Below the pieces are notes generated by a model. It saw only the letters and a program-made list of their open reading frames with translations, was not told where the DNA came from and searched no databases. A DNA stretch of 64,000 nt from Eledone cirrhosa. Taxonomy: Eukaryota. Positions within the stretch are counted from its first letter, which is position 1, and each line of letters opens with the position of its first letter. Positions 11,492-29,417 of this stretch are shown here, in pieces. Location of the stretch: contig OZ024747.1 in the NCBI GenBank assembly GCA_964016885.1, positions 17,422,001-17,486,000 of the forward strand, read 5' to 3'. The position numbers were made by a program, and so were the translations under genes.

Positions 11492-14400
11492 CTACAGAAC
11501 AATGTAGAGAGAAGGCCCATTTACACGGGCCATTCTCGCTTCTTTCACCCACCTTTCATAAAACTGTCTGGGACCAAGCACTTCTCTCTCCATCCTGATT
11601 CTTCTTCCGAAGTGGTATCGGAAGAAGTAAACCAGGTGATGGCCGGAGAGAAAGTCACCCGACCTCAGACCTTTCAGGCGCGTCCACCACACAACCTCTT
11701 TCATCATGGCTATTACGCACAGAAAGACCGCCTCTGCTTCATTTCTGAAGGGAGGAGGCGGCTTGATGTTCACCACAGACTCGGCGGTTAATCGAATCGG
11801 CGCCACACGTGACAGCAGTCGTTCGACGTAGCCCCACAGATCGGCAACGCCCGGGCAGTGTACCAGTGCATGCGCAATGGTTTCCTCGTCGCGCACGCAT
11901 CTGGGACAGATCTTTTTCGCGGGATCCCTGCCCGGGCGCCCGTGTCTGTAGAGCTTTTCTCGAACGGGCAGAGCCCCCCGGTAACACTGCCAGGCTAGGG
12001 ACCTCTGGAAGTTGTCCATGGGTCCCGGGCCGAAAGTTCTACCGAACAGGCTGGCCAGTTCGTCCTCCTCCATGCCTAGCGACTCTCCAAGGGTGTCGTC
12101 GCCCCTGCTAGCCACCAACCCTCTATAGAATGTCGAGGTGGATTCTCCACTGACAGTCGGGTCCGCTTGCCAAATAGCCGTGAGCGCCTGGGCACACTCG
12201 GTGTGCCAGTTGCCCAGTTTTCTCGGTCTTTGCTTCACCCAGGATTGCAGTTCGGTGAGCGAGACGAGCTGTGGGAAGGCTCGCCTCACAAACGGGGCCC
12301 ACACCGGCTGACCGTTGAGGAATACCTGTAGATGCCGTAGCCTCAATGCGTGCCTACGCATCAACAGCCACGGCATACCCAGCCCTCCTTTCGAAGGGTG
12401 CTGGCAGCAGAATGGATCTCCTCACCATGGGAGGCCGCTTCTTCCAGAGGAACTGGAAGAGCATGCGTTCCATGATGGTGAGCTTTTCCTTGGGGCAAGG
12501 CACGACGGTCAGGCGGTAGTAGATGACGGACGCTATGTAAGCGTTCGTCACCTCCGCCCGACCTTTCAGTGATAGTTTGCACTTGGCCCACTTCTGGGTC
12601 AGCGCAAACACCCTGCTCGTCACCTCGCCCCAATTCTTCTCCACCTGGAGGTCCGGTCCGAACCAGACCCCGAGCAGCTTCACCGGGCCCTCCGTCCACC
12701 GCCCGACGACACCGTCTAACGGCATCGGTTTGCCCCTCCACGTTCCGAGTTGCAAACCGACTGACTTGTCCTGGTTCAGCTTAGCCCCCGTCAGCCTTTC
12801 GTATTCCTCCAGTAGGGTGGCGATCGCCCCGATTTCCGAGGCGTCCGCCACCATTACTGTTACGTCGTCGGCATAGGCCGAGACCGCTTTGTGCAATCCC
12901 GGTTCCAGGGGTATGCCCCGCAGCAACTCCAACTTCCGCAGCAGTGGCTCGAGAGTCAATACGTACAGAAGGGAGGAGAGGGGGCACCCCTGTCTGATGG
13001 ATCGGGTGATTTGAAACGGCTCCGAGAGGTAGCCGTTTACTTTAATCCTAGAGTAGATGTTGCCACTGTGCATGGCAGAAATCCAGCCCCTGAAAACGGG
13101 TCCGAAGCCCGCCGCCGCTAGCACCGCATCCAGGTAACCATGGTCGACCCTATCGAACGCCTTAGATTGATCCAAGTTGATCAGGGCCCCACCAAAGCCG
13201 GGTTCGTAGCCAACCCTCTCTATGATGTATCGCATGAGGTGGAGGTTGTCGTGAATGGACCTGGACGGGATAGCGCATGCCTGCGCGTCTCCCACCAAAC
13301 CACCCACCACAAGCGCCAACCTCTTCGCCAACACCTTGGCCAAAATCTGTAACTCTGCATTCAGCAGAGTTATGGGCCTAAAGTTACTTAAGTCGTCCCC
13401 CTTGCTCTCGTCCTTCCTCACTAGCGTGACCACGCCCTTGGTCACAGAACAGGGAATTCTCCCGTTCTGTTGCCAGTTGCAATAGACAGCCTCGAGGAGT
13501 TCGGAGAACAAGACCGGCATAGCTAAATAAAGTTCGTATGGTAGACCATCGAGACCCGGGATTTGCGTCTGCTGCATTGGCTGAGCGCTTCCCCGATTTC
13601 AGTGGCTGTGATTGGCCTTTCGCAGCACTCTGCTTCGCCGCTCGAAAGACGCGGTAGACCGTCGAGGTATGGACCGAAGTCCACATCCCCGTCCGGACCC
13701 CCGCCACCTCCGAACAGTCGAGCAAAGTGCCTTTGAAAGGTCTCGCACATTCGCTCAGGTTCAAGGATCACCCGTCCATCCTGGTCTCGCAAAGACCGAA
13801 TGGTGGATTTAATCCCACTCTTGGCTTCTGTCACGCGGGCCCAGCTAACAGCTTTGGTCCCCTCGTTTCCTAAAGCACGTATTTTACTTCGGACAACGCA
13901 GCCTTCGTGCTTCGCGTCAAAGAACTGGCTCAATGCCGTTCTCGTCGCTAACACTCTGGCTACGTCTCCGCTCCTAATCGCCTCTTCTAGTTTATTTGTT
14001 AACTCCCTTTCCCTCCTATTTCTATTCGCCGCTAGTTCCTTACTGTAACCTATCGAACTTACTCTAATCTCTCTCTTTAGAGATATCCACCACCTACTGT
14101 TGACGATCGCTCCCGTCAACCGCATCTTAACTAAGCTACTAATCCGGTTTCTGTAATCTTTCTTTGTCGGTAAGGACAAGTTCATCTTCCAGTAACCGGG
14201 ACCCTGTCTATGCGTTCTATCAAGGTTGACCACGCAGGTCACTAATTTGTGATCTGAATAGCCAACCATGATCAGTTCTGGACAACTAAATACGTCCCTA
14301 TCCTTACTCCTAACCAAAAACCTATCTAGGTACGATCTAGATTGTCCACTGCGGTTTGCTCAGGTCAGGTTGGCGCAGTTGGACAATCTAGTCGAAATCT

Positions 14401-14925
14401 ATCGACCAGGTCGAATCGATCGAGTAACCCCTTGAGGCTGCTACACCCCCCTCTATCGGGACATGCCCCTGCATAGTCCCAACGCGCATCTAGGATTCCA
14501 TTCCAGTCCCCCACTAAAAGCAGGGAACGCGACGTTCCTAGAAAAGTCTCCAGACGCTGGAAGAAGTCGGCTCTTTCCGCCCCGAAGGGAGCATAAAGAC
14601 CGACCAGTCTGAAAGCCCCGCCTTCACCGCCTCCGACGTCCAGCACCAGTAATCGACCCCCCGGGTCCGAGTGAACAATCTGTACGTCGAGAGTCAGACG
14701 TTTATCCAGCAGTACGGCAACTCCCCCCCCCCCCCCGCCTCCGGGTTGACAGAGAGATCCGTGCATCTCAAAGTCATCGAAGGCGGGCGCCAGCTGTCTC
14801 ACGCTGCTGATCCGACTCTCGCAAACAACCATCACATCTATACTTTGTGACCTGAGGTCACTTAGAAGCTTTGCTTGCTTCCAAGCTGAGCCCAGGCCAC
14901 GCGCGTTCAAACAGCCAACTCTCAA
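11492..14925 (-). pseudogene. Tx1 ORF2 copy B, split by three frameshifts (decay or assembly indels)
   Basis: Pieces 14365-14925 (APE), 13523-14317, 12354-13577 (RT, YADD) and 11492-12376 (C-terminal CPRC..HC) are colinear with the 1107-aa ORF2 of copy A. Confidence 0.9.
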
Positions 14926-14930
14926 TTGAT

Positions 14931-16788
14931 CTATTTTGGTGTTGAAAGTGAAGAAAGAAAAGCACTTACCTCTCCGGGTTGCGTAATTTCCATGGCATCA
15001 GGTGTGTTGGGTGGAGGGATGTTTTGTGGTGGTGTGGGGGTACACGTGTGTGGTGGGGTTGGGGTATTTGGAGTTGTGTCAGGGAGAGGGGCGGTTATGG
15101 GGAAATCTTTCAAGAGGACGCGATTCAACGGTTTTAAACAGGGGGGGCTCACGTCCCGTCTAAATTGTTCTTTTAAGGAACGATAAAGGTCCAGAGGGAC
15201 CTTTATCATTTTTAAATGGGTGAAGTTCTCTGTTGAGATAAAGTTTGGCCCTTCGGTCTGCACCATAGGGTTATTGTTTATTAATTTAACCAGTTTTTTG
15301 TTTTCTTTATTTATATATGTGTATTGCAACGTCTTTTTTTTGTGATGCTGTCAATGTTTCGGAGAGGGGAGGCGTAGATTTATTTTTGTTTGTTGAGGGT
15401 GGGGTGTTTTTGATTGGAGTTGGTGTTTGTGTGTGGGTTATTTGTGGTGTGCTGGGTGTGTGTTTTCTTTTTTTTCTTTTAACTTGTCTGAAGGCTTCTC
15501 CTCCTTCTTCTTCAGAAGTTGGGGGAAACTCTTCAGCGCTAGGTGGGAGGGACGTGTTGTGTGGTTGTTTTTTTTTTGCGGGAGGGGTAGATTTGTTACT
15601 GTTTTTTTTATTATTTGTTTGGAATGGGTTTTGTGGTGGTGGTAATGTTTGTGTCGTGCTTGTGGTTGGTGATGGTGGTGGTGATGTTTGTGTTGTGGTT
15701 GGTGGTGGTGATTTTTGTGTCGTGCTTGTGTTTGGTGCTGGTGGTGGTGATGTTTGTGTTGTGTTTGTGGTTGGTGGTGTCTGTATTTTGTTTGCTGTGT
15801 GTGGTATTAGTGTATTTTTGGAGGTGGGTGGTGCTGGTGTACTGTTTGTGGTGGGTGTGGGCAATAGTCCTTTTTGGGGGATACGTTTCGGGCAGTTAGC
15901 CTTAACGTGTCCCCTTTCCATGCATAAATAGCATGCTGGTCTTCTCCCCTCTACAATTATGTCTATTGGGGTAAGGTCATCCAGCCAGATGCGATCCGGG
16001 ATTTGTGCTATTCTTTCGGGCCTCATTTGGACTAGTATGTCGAGGCCCATTCCCAGGAACGCATCTCCAGTTGCCTTCCCCATTGACAGCATAGTGTCTT
16101 CGCCCATATCAATGAAGCCAGCAATAGCCCACCAGAAGTCCATTGTGGGCAGCATTGTTTTTACTTTTACTCTCTGTGTTCTTCTACCCATGTAGGAGGG
16201 ATAGAAGCTATATGTTGTCGACGAGAGTGGGCTTAGGGAAAGCTTCTCCGCCGTTTCTTTGTCTCTTGTTAGGACCGAAATGCTGCCATAGAGTCGGTCC
16301 TTTCGTATGAAGAGAATATTCTTCATATAGTCTTTTAGGACTAACTCTATTTCCATTTGGCTGGGCTGTGCTGGCTTTCTTGTCTGGTTCAGTATAGTTC
16401 TGTATAGAACTGTGTTTTCTGCTCTGGCTTTCTTGAATTCTGGGGGGGAGTTAATGGAAAACATTCCGTTCTCCCCCAAAACAATGTGTTTCTTTGCTTC
16501 GGCCAGTTTTTCTCTGGCGGCAGTTAGGTCAATTGGTGTGTATGTAATGGATTGTTTTGTTTTCTGGGCGAAAGTTGCCCTGTCGTTATTTGTATTATTT
16601 TCTGTTTGTTTGTTTTCTGTTTGCTCATTTTCCTTAACATTTGTTTTTTCATTTTGTTTGTTTGTTTCAATGTCTAATTTTGTTGTAATTATTTTTTGTT
16701 CTTCAGACTTGGGGGGCGTGGCAGAGCTAATGGCAGACATGTCTGCCATCTTTTCCGCCATGCTGCCAAGAAAGAAATTTTTCGGCAA
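14931..16788 (-). pseudogene. Tx1 ORF1 copy B (493-aa ORF plus frameshifted 132-aa C-terminus)
   Basis: CYLCMERGHVKANC zinc knuckle, basic KRKKRK motif, Pro/Thr-rich region. The frameshift lies at an A-run near 15335. Confidence 0.88.
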
Positions 16789-16962
16789 AAATAGATATTT
16801 ATTTTACCCCCTAAAAAGGGGGTAAATGCAAAAATGTTTCCCTAAATAACAGGGGTTAGTGTTCCAAATGTGTTGCACTAAAACATTTATCCGGTACTTA
16901 CAATAGTAAGGGTAAATCCCGATGGAATAGCGGAGCCGATGCGAAGCGTGTCTTACTCTATC

Positions 16963-16963
<1 letters not shown>

Positions 16964-17039
<76 letters not shown>
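16964..17039. repeat. (GATA)n
   Basis: Directly visible. Confidence 0.97.
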
Positions 17040-17216
17040 GCCGAGTGACACTATTCAGAGCATTGTTAAAAATATTATTTCCTCAAGTATCTAGTAATAT
17101 GCTGAACAATATTTTTAGACTAAACGGTAACTCATATATATATATAGTAAGGTGCATTATTGGTTGTGTAAAAAGGTCCAATAACTTTATGTTACCTTGC
17201 CTTCGGATTTTCATTT

Positions 17217-21913
<4,697 letters not shown>

Positions 21914-22113
21914 NNNNNNNNNNNNNNNNNNNNNNNNNNNNNNNNNNNNNNNNNNNNNNNNNNNNNNNNNNNNNNNNNNNNNNNNNNNNNNNNNNNNNNN
22001 NNNNNNNNNNNNNNNNNNNNNNNNNNNNNNNNNNNNNNNNNNNNNNNNNNNNNNNNNNNNNNNNNNNNNNNNNNNNNNNNNNNNNNNNNNNNNNNNNNNN
22101 NNNNNNNNNNNNN
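21914..22113. other. Assembly gap (200 N)
   Basis: N run. Confidence 1.
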
Positions 22114-22216
<103 letters not shown>

Positions 22217-22768
22217 GAAGGTGCCCGAGAAAACCCCGTATCACGGGAACCTGTGCTCCGATTTACGCAAAACTTGTTTTATTCCATTTATATTGCCATT
22301 TCAGGGCAACTTCCTTTCAAAGTATTTTTCCCATTATGCGCCGTATTGGCTCTATTAAATTACAGAAAATACACAATCACAGAGTTTTAGTAGTATATAG
22401 ATAATGGAAATCTATACCTTTTTACTTCACTAACATTTTCGTCGTATTTCTGTTTGTTGTCTATAAATATTAACATCTTTCGTTTACTGACTGCACAAAA
22501 TCTTCCGAATACTAAACACTTGGGTTATTTTTACATGTCTGTATCTCCCGGCTATTATTATGTAACATTACTACATTTCGTGATATCAATGATATAGAAA
22601 TAATATAGTGTAGAAATATAAATGACTTAGTGTAGACTTTTACAGAATATGTATGGAGAGAGCAAGTAAAACAACTACGTCTTTAGTATTCCTCCTTGTC
22701 CTATGGCCCTTTAAACATTTTAACATTTTAACTATATTATATATTAACATGGTACAGACAAAACGTAT

Positions 22769-22769
22769 T

Positions 22770-22839
<70 letters not shown>

Positions 22840-23033
22840 ATGTAACTTTTCAGCTATCTGCGATTTTAATTTATGATTTTTTTCCCTTTGATCTTAGTAT
22901 TGAATAGTTAGGACGGTGAGGGTATACTAGTTGCTATAGTGGTTATTGCTGTGGTTATTGCTGTGGTTATTGCTGTGGTTATTGCTGTGGTTATTGTTGT
23001 GGTTATTGCTGTGGTTATTGCTGTGGTTATTGT
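22769..23033. repeat. (GTA)n (22769-22839) and 12-bp minisatellite (tgtggttattgc)n (22939-23033)
   Basis: Directly visible. Confidence 0.93.
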
Positions 23034-23619
23034 TGATTCAGATGACCTATGATGACAATTCTTTCAACACATATCATTTCTTCTTTATCCCCGCATTGTG
23101 TCTGTAAATGATTCCTTAATCACTGTAAGACGAAAACGTTTATTTCAAAAAACAGTTTGATTGGTATTTCTAGTAGCTGAAGCAACGAGGCTGAGACACT
23201 CTGATGTTGATGCTGGTTTGATATGGCTAGGTTGATAGTAACCGTAATAGTGTTGCTTGTCCTGAAATCTCTATAAGATTCTGGACACGTTCAAAGAATT
23301 AATATAAGTCTTTGCAGTTGATGTCAATTAGTTCCTGGTATAAAGCTGTCCTAAGATCAAAGGTTCCATATCTGCAACCATGGTCTCTTAATTTGTATAC
23401 CTAGAAATAATCCTCTACTGAGCTCTTTATGTGTAAGTGATTGAGTTGTTATTAGAAAAAAAAAATGTTATAATATATTTCGCCGCTGTAGTGTTATATA
23501 TGATTATAATAATTAAAGTTAGATAATTTAAAATTATTTTCTAACTTTTTCAAATTTTTGGTGGTCTATATAGGATTTTCATGGGAAGTTCACTAATGAT
23601 TATTACATTAATCGTCTTT

Positions 23620-23806
23620 TGGATTGGCAGTATCGGTAGAGGGTCGAACACCATGCTTTACAGCAAAGAGTTACGGCCCTTTAATGTCTGAGTTCAAATC
23701 CCGCCGAGGTTAACTTTGCCTTTCATCCTTACGAGATCGATAAAATAAAGTACCAGTAAAACACTGGCATAATTGCTGGCCTTGTGCCAAAAGTAGAAAC
23801 AATTAT
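23620..23806 (+). mobile_element. tRNA-derived SINE (MetaSINE-like central domain)
   Basis: A-box-like ggattggcagtatcgg, B-box gagttcaaatcc, gcctttcatccttacg.gatcgataaaataaagtaccag. Multiple copies in the window. Confidence 0.85.
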
Positions 23807-23929
23807 ATATTGAAATAACTTCTACAGAACTAGAACAGTTTCATTCTTATAAACTCATCATGAAGTCATTTCTATATATATTACAGAGGCCTGTACTCTA
23901 GCAACGTAATGAATACATTTTTTAACTGC

Positions 23930-24156
23930 GGTTACTACCCGACGAGGAGAAGACTGAGGTGGTATGGGCATGTGACAAGATCGAAAAGACTCTCAAAGAC
24001 AATTCACCAGGGCGGGGCAGGCAGAGGAAGCGGTTGACAGACAACATAGCTAAGTGGACAAGTAAAAACTTTGTGATAACCCAAGCTCTCACCCATGACC
24101 GCCAGAGATGAAGGCAGTTGGTGCAGCGTTCAACACTGCAGTCCCCCAACGACCCT
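23930..24156 (+). mobile_element. RTE-clade LINE 3' fragment
   Basis: Translates RRLRWYGHVTRS..LSKTIHQG..RGRQRKR.TDNIAKWT...DRQRW-like, typical of the RTE C-terminus. Confidence 0.75.
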
Positions 24157-24764
24157 GTGCGTGTTTGCGTATGTATGTATCCACCAGTTAATTTTATTGC
24201 TCATTTTTTGTCGATTCTATTGAGTGATGAATAGCTTTTGTTTTATTTTAACATGTCTATTGAGCACTCTTATTCGATATGTGTATTTCCACATTCCCGC
24301 GAATAGTTTTCGCGGATGTAGAGGTTATCTTCCTTGTCTAATGCCATGTGCGTTTTTCACTGGTAGTTAGCCCCTTATCCGCTAGGAAAAAAGCTCGTTG
24401 AGAAAGTAAACTCCGTTCCTCTTGCTCTAGTAGGCTTTTATATTTATATGTGAGCTGATAGAGTACAGTCTAAGGATTTACAGAAACCCAAGAAGCTAGA
24501 TTTAACACCTTTCTAGTGGGTCCGGGTATGATTTTACATTCATTTAAATTATTGATGTATTGTTTTATTGATATTTTTTATCTGTTTGTCCCGAATCTTC
24601 TATTATCGATTTTTTATCGTATGGTTGATTGTAGACTTGTTCTATATGTGACGGTATTTTAACGATAGTTATAGCTCTGATTCATCTGAATTATTGAGCC
24701 CTCTGCCGCTCATTTCGAATTTTGTTTATCGTGAACTCGTGCGCCGATTTTTCGATACTCGATC

Positions 24765-24804
<40 letters not shown>

Positions 24805-24808
<4 letters not shown>

Positions 24809-24990
24809 TAAAATAACAGATTAAAGTTTAAGCAAAGAATCGCTTCAATTTATATATATATATATATATATTGAAGGTACCCGTTTACGTGTGTTATATT
24901 GAAGCGTATAACTATGTGTATACTCTGGGAGTTTAATTAATCTTACCTATTGAGTACGCTGAGATGCAACTTTGGTAGCTCCGTGTATGT
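24805..24990. mobile_element. Two short (TA)n-flanked PLE remnants (24805-24850 same family as 36935-37001; 24871-24990 a tail with the ACTC/GAGT stem)
   Basis: Shared ttaaaataacagattaaagtttaagcaaagaatcgct; ACTC 24922 ... TTGAGTAC 24950-24957. Confidence 0.6.
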
Positions 24991-25051
24991 ATATATAATA
25001 TATAATATATATATATATAATATATATATATATAATATATATATGTATATA

Positions 25052-25157
<106 letters not shown>

Positions 25158-25226
25158 ATCCTCACCCACATCCAGCACCCACAAAGCACACGTACACACG
25201 TACCTCTCTATCTATCTCTCCCTCCT

Positions 25227-25276
<50 letters not shown>

Positions 25277-25447
25277 AAAATATACATACATATGTATATA
25301 TATATATATTACTATATATATTGTATATATATATATATATTACTATATATATTGTATATATATATATATATTACTATATACATATATATATATATTACTA
25401 TATATATATATATATATATGTACATATATATACATATATGCATATTG

Positions 25448-25491
<44 letters not shown>

Positions 25492-25500
25492 TGCATAAGG

Positions 25501-25556
<56 letters not shown>

Positions 25557-26849
25557 GTTTAACCACACAGTAATATATGTCAAGTGTGTATGATTATATA
25601 AATGTCTACATATCAACACTAGAGTGAGAGTGAACGTGAGAAATATCAGTAAATTATGATTTATTCATATTTTGTAACATTACCTTCATCGTCGCTGCTT
25701 GACAAAACCTGGTATTCTCAACTCCTTGTTTCCAAGTGTCCTCTTACATCATTTATTCATTGCATATTTATAATAAATCATGTTCATTTTCAATCAACTA
25801 GAATATTCTATGTATCGACAATAATATAGAATTTCATGGACAGACCTTTGTTCTGCCATTATTTATTTGAATTAGAGGCACCGTTTTCAGAGATTAATAT
25901 TATATTGCTAAAAGCTAGTGATTCTGGTTCATAAAGATAATGTTATATCTTATAATTAATAACTCCCGTGCAATCTAAACAATATATATATATGTATGTA
26001 AGTATATACGACAAAAATGGGATACCTTTTCATAAATATTCATCTGTCCTCTCTCTATTGGGACGGATAAAATTAATCTTGGTTTAAGTTTGAAATGATT
26101 TGTGTTCGAAATATGGAATTTGTGGAATTGCAGTAACTAGGAAAGAAGCAACAGAGATATGATATAAAATATTTGTAGTCGGGGGAATTATAGAGTCCTG
26201 ATTTAACAGACCTATGGAGAAAGGAATAGGATTGTATCATCCAATATAAATAATATTTCAAGATCTCTAGATATGATTTATAGGGTGTTTCGGTTGCTAT
26301 ATTCTAACAGTTCAAGTGACTATGTAGTTGCCACATCAGTTAAATCTAGTCGTAATTCATCACACTTGTCGTAAAATATCTTTAATCAGCTATAAAACGT
26401 ACGGACCATTGGCATATGAAAGCATTGAGAGTTATGTAGATTTCACGAACGTTTTGTTAGTTTGCACGGATTTACCTAAATCAGTGCCAAGTTGTGGGGA
26501 ATTCGCCTCGCAGTCATGAGGTCCTAGATTATAAAGTAATTGGCTACTAAGTAAAAACAAAAATTACTATATATGGAGAGAGATGTTTGTGTGTCTATGC
26601 ATATGAGCGTGTTTCAGTAAGTGTGTATAACGCGTGTGCGCCAGGTCGTATATTTTATTCTTAGTTAAAATATACTCGATATCTTATTGATTTTTCTGCA
26701 TATATCGTCAGCCAAGCGACTCCAGAAATGTTTGCAAAGAAAGAAAAGTTAAATAACTACATACAACTCAAACAGACACATATACAAATAGATAAATGCA
26801 TACATAGATTCATACATACATACCTCGATAAATGCTGGTAAATATATAT

Positions 26850-26946
26850 ATAACGAAGGAAATGTGGTAAGGAACCAGGTGGACCATAACGCACCAAAGT
26901 ACTCAATACTTAGGTTAGTAGAGTGGGTAATAGGAACAAGTATGTT

Positions 26947-26950
<4 letters not shown>
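26850..26950 (-). mobile_element. Minimal fold-back PLE element, family F2 (7-8-bp inverted arm plus tail)
   Basis: Minus strand: taggaac-atactt-gttccta ttaccc ACTC tact aaccta agta TT GAGTAC tttggtgcgttatggtccacctgg. Tail homologous to 28563-28625 and 46441-46507. Confidence 0.65.
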
Positions 26951-26998
<48 letters not shown>

Positions 26999-27002
<4 letters not shown>

Positions 27003-27415
27003 GGAGGTGAGTTTTATTGTAGTACAATAAAGCAATGCAGATATCGGATAAGAAGCACTCTACAGTTTGTAGGACTGGAGTATACATAATATATAAGATC
27101 AAAAGATGGTTAAAGGAGTTCCATGTATTTTATTATGCGCATTTCAAAAATAAACATCATCATGCAATAATATTTGTGTTTTCATCAGATAAAACAGGAG
27201 GACATGATATGAAGGCTAAAAAACACTTGTGGATAGTGCAGTTTTAAATCAACATATATTGATTTAAAACTGTACTATCCACAAGTGTTTTTTAGCCTTC
27301 ATATCATGTCCTCCTGTTTTATCTGATGAAAACACAAATATTATTGCATGATGATGTTTATTTTTGAAATGCGCATAATAAAATACATGGAACTCCTTTA
27401 ACCATCTTTTGATCT

Positions 27416-27425
<10 letters not shown>
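26999..27425. mobile_element. Fold-back PLE element, family F3 (~165-bp arms, tail on the left arm)
   Basis: Arms ~27087-27252 / 27259-27425, one mismatch seen. Tail 26999-27086 carries ACTC cagt..actg TA GAGTGC on the minus strand. (TA)n on both sides. Confidence 0.85.
27317..27383 (+). ncRNA. Type I hammerhead ribozyme (intact core); mirror copy on the minus strand at 27128-27194
   Basis: ttttat CTGATGA [aaacacaaatattattgcatgatgatgtttattttt] GAAA tgcgca TA ataaaa; palindromic stem III. Confidence 0.85.
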
Positions 27426-27476
<51 letters not shown>

Positions 27477-27940
27477 AATGGAGAGAACTATCCTATTTCC
27501 TATCTCTGCGTCACCACATCTTCATCCCATATGGCTTCTGTTTTTTGTGCGCCACACACAGACACGCCTCCCGTGACCACTTCTTGAAATAGCCCAGCCA
27601 TGACCACTACCTCAATGGTGCTGCGACCCTTAAAACACCATTCTCATATATAGACTAACTACCACATAAAATTCACCAAAGCAAACTAACAAATACACAA
27701 ACTCAAACGGGTATGCATACACACACACACACACTAATACATAAACATACACACACGTACGTGCAAAATTACACACACACACACATAATCAATGATGCAA
27801 ACCTACGAAATGCACATCATCTACACACACACGTGACACACCTGGACTCTCTACCTCGGCTCACATCCCCACGTTCCAGTTTGCTTAACTTCCATAAAAC
27901 CTTTTTTTCCAAACTCTGTTGTTCCAAGCTCCCCCCCCCC

Positions 27941-27983
<43 letters not shown>

Positions 27984-28084
27984 TCCCTTTCCCTCTGATG
28001 TCCCAACCAAACGACGAAACTCATTTACTTCTTCTCAAGTCGGAAACTAATAAAACATCTTTTTGCATCTCTATGTTTGTCTTG

Positions 28085-28155
<71 letters not shown>

Positions 28156-28159
28156 CATA

Positions 28160-28453
28160 CAAATGGAAGTTCAGCATAATCGAAGCTCTGGCTGCAGCTA
28201 AGCTAACGAATGCAATCGGAATGTGCCGATAAGCACTCAATAAGGTATTTTACCTTAGAGTAATAACATTACGTTTAGACAGCTTGGCAAATTGAAGATT
28301 GCGACCGGTAAGCCAGCCGCAGGGACCAAAGCAACGAGAAAACCGACTCAAAATAATTTGACAATTATCCTGAGTCAATTTTCTCCTTGCTTTGGTCCCT
28401 GCGGCTGGCTTACCGGTCGCAATCTTCAATTTGCCAAGCTGTCTAAACGTAAT
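28160..28453. mobile_element. Fold-back element, family F4 (~90-bp arms, structured tail on the left arm)
   Basis: Arms ~28268-28358 / 28363-28453. Minus-strand tail ACTC taaggt aaaat acctta TT GAGTGC. Diverged homologue at 32881-33080. Confidence 0.8.
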
Positions 28454-28531
28454 ATATATATATATATTTATATTGTACAAGAGTGTTGAATATCTTAGTA
28501 CCTTCCTGAAGATAAGCAGGTTCTAGCGATC

Positions 28532-28562
<31 letters not shown>

Positions 28563-28563
<1 letters not shown>

Positions 28564-28625
28564 ACAAAGGTGTGGTAAGATATCAGGTGGACCATAACGC
28601 ACCAGAGTACTCGATTCTTAGGGAG
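28563..28625 (-). mobile_element. Tail fragment of family F2
   Basis: Minus strand: aagaatcGAGTACtctggtgcgttatggtccacctgatatcttaccacacc, homologous to 26850-26906. Confidence 0.65.
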
Positions 28626-29366
28626 ACATACACACACACACACACACTTTACCTTTCTCTCTTTCACCATGTTTTTTTCTGTATCTTTTATTTCCTCCGT
28701 ATACATCATACATAGCATTTAATATTCTTCCAGGAAGGATTTAGTAATTTATTCCATTATTAACATTCTACAATAGCAGCAACTGCTTTTGAAATATAGG
28801 CAGTTAACACGGAATTGAAATCCTCATATGTTTCTGTTGTGAGTGGAAGTCCTCTCTGGCTGCCAAAAGATCTTCGCAATGACAAGCACGTGCATATCTC
28901 CTTGGTTCTACGATTTTACTGCCGAGTGCAACATGTTAGAAAAAAAAAAATCACTATTACACATCAACATCAAAATTAATTAGACCTAAATTCTTCTCTC
29001 AATGTTGTCATCGCACCTGGTTTCGATCATTTTTTTTTTTTTTTTTTTTGTGCAAATAATCTCATAGATTGTTTACGTGAGCAGCTACTGCACAATGTGC
29101 CAAGCCACCGATAATGGTATGTTTATCCAAAAGATTCTAATTACGCTGACGTATATAATAGTATATTTATTAAGTTATATCTAGCTAAGCAATGAATGGA
29201 TTGCTGTCCTTTAAAAGGAATTCGATGTATGTCGCAAGCATCACGCGTTATGTTTAAGTAGGTAGGTACTTACACACAAACACACATACATATATATGTT
29301 TGTATATATATATATAGAGAGAGAGGGGGGGGGATGTATAAATACTACCATATTATATTGTCAGTC

Positions 29367-29417
29367 GGCTTCCTGATGATTTCTCCCGAATGAAACAGTT
29401 TTAGTCCTGTAGAAGCC
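29367..29417 (+). ncRNA. Type I hammerhead ribozyme, family F5 (tail-less copy)
   Basis: ggcttc CTGATGA tttctcccgaat GAAA cag ttttagtc ctg TA gaagcc. Second copy at 47271-47321. Confidence 0.75.

Larger units (their letters stand above)
11261..16963 (-). mobile_element. Tx1-clade non-LTR retrotransposon, copy B (different subfamily), near full length
   Basis: Same organisation as copy A. ORF2 closely related, ORF1 and 5' UTR clearly diverged. (GATA)n on both sides. Confidence 0.93.

Noticed and set aside
5206-16825. Plus-strand and alternative-frame ORFs overlapping the Tx1 elements
   Set aside because: Shadow frames of GC-rich retrotransposon coding sequence, with no domain motifs.
28501-28545. 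CTGAAGA...caaa tata as a hammerhead
   Set aside because: GAAA is mutated and the stem I 3' strand is absent; too degenerate to call.
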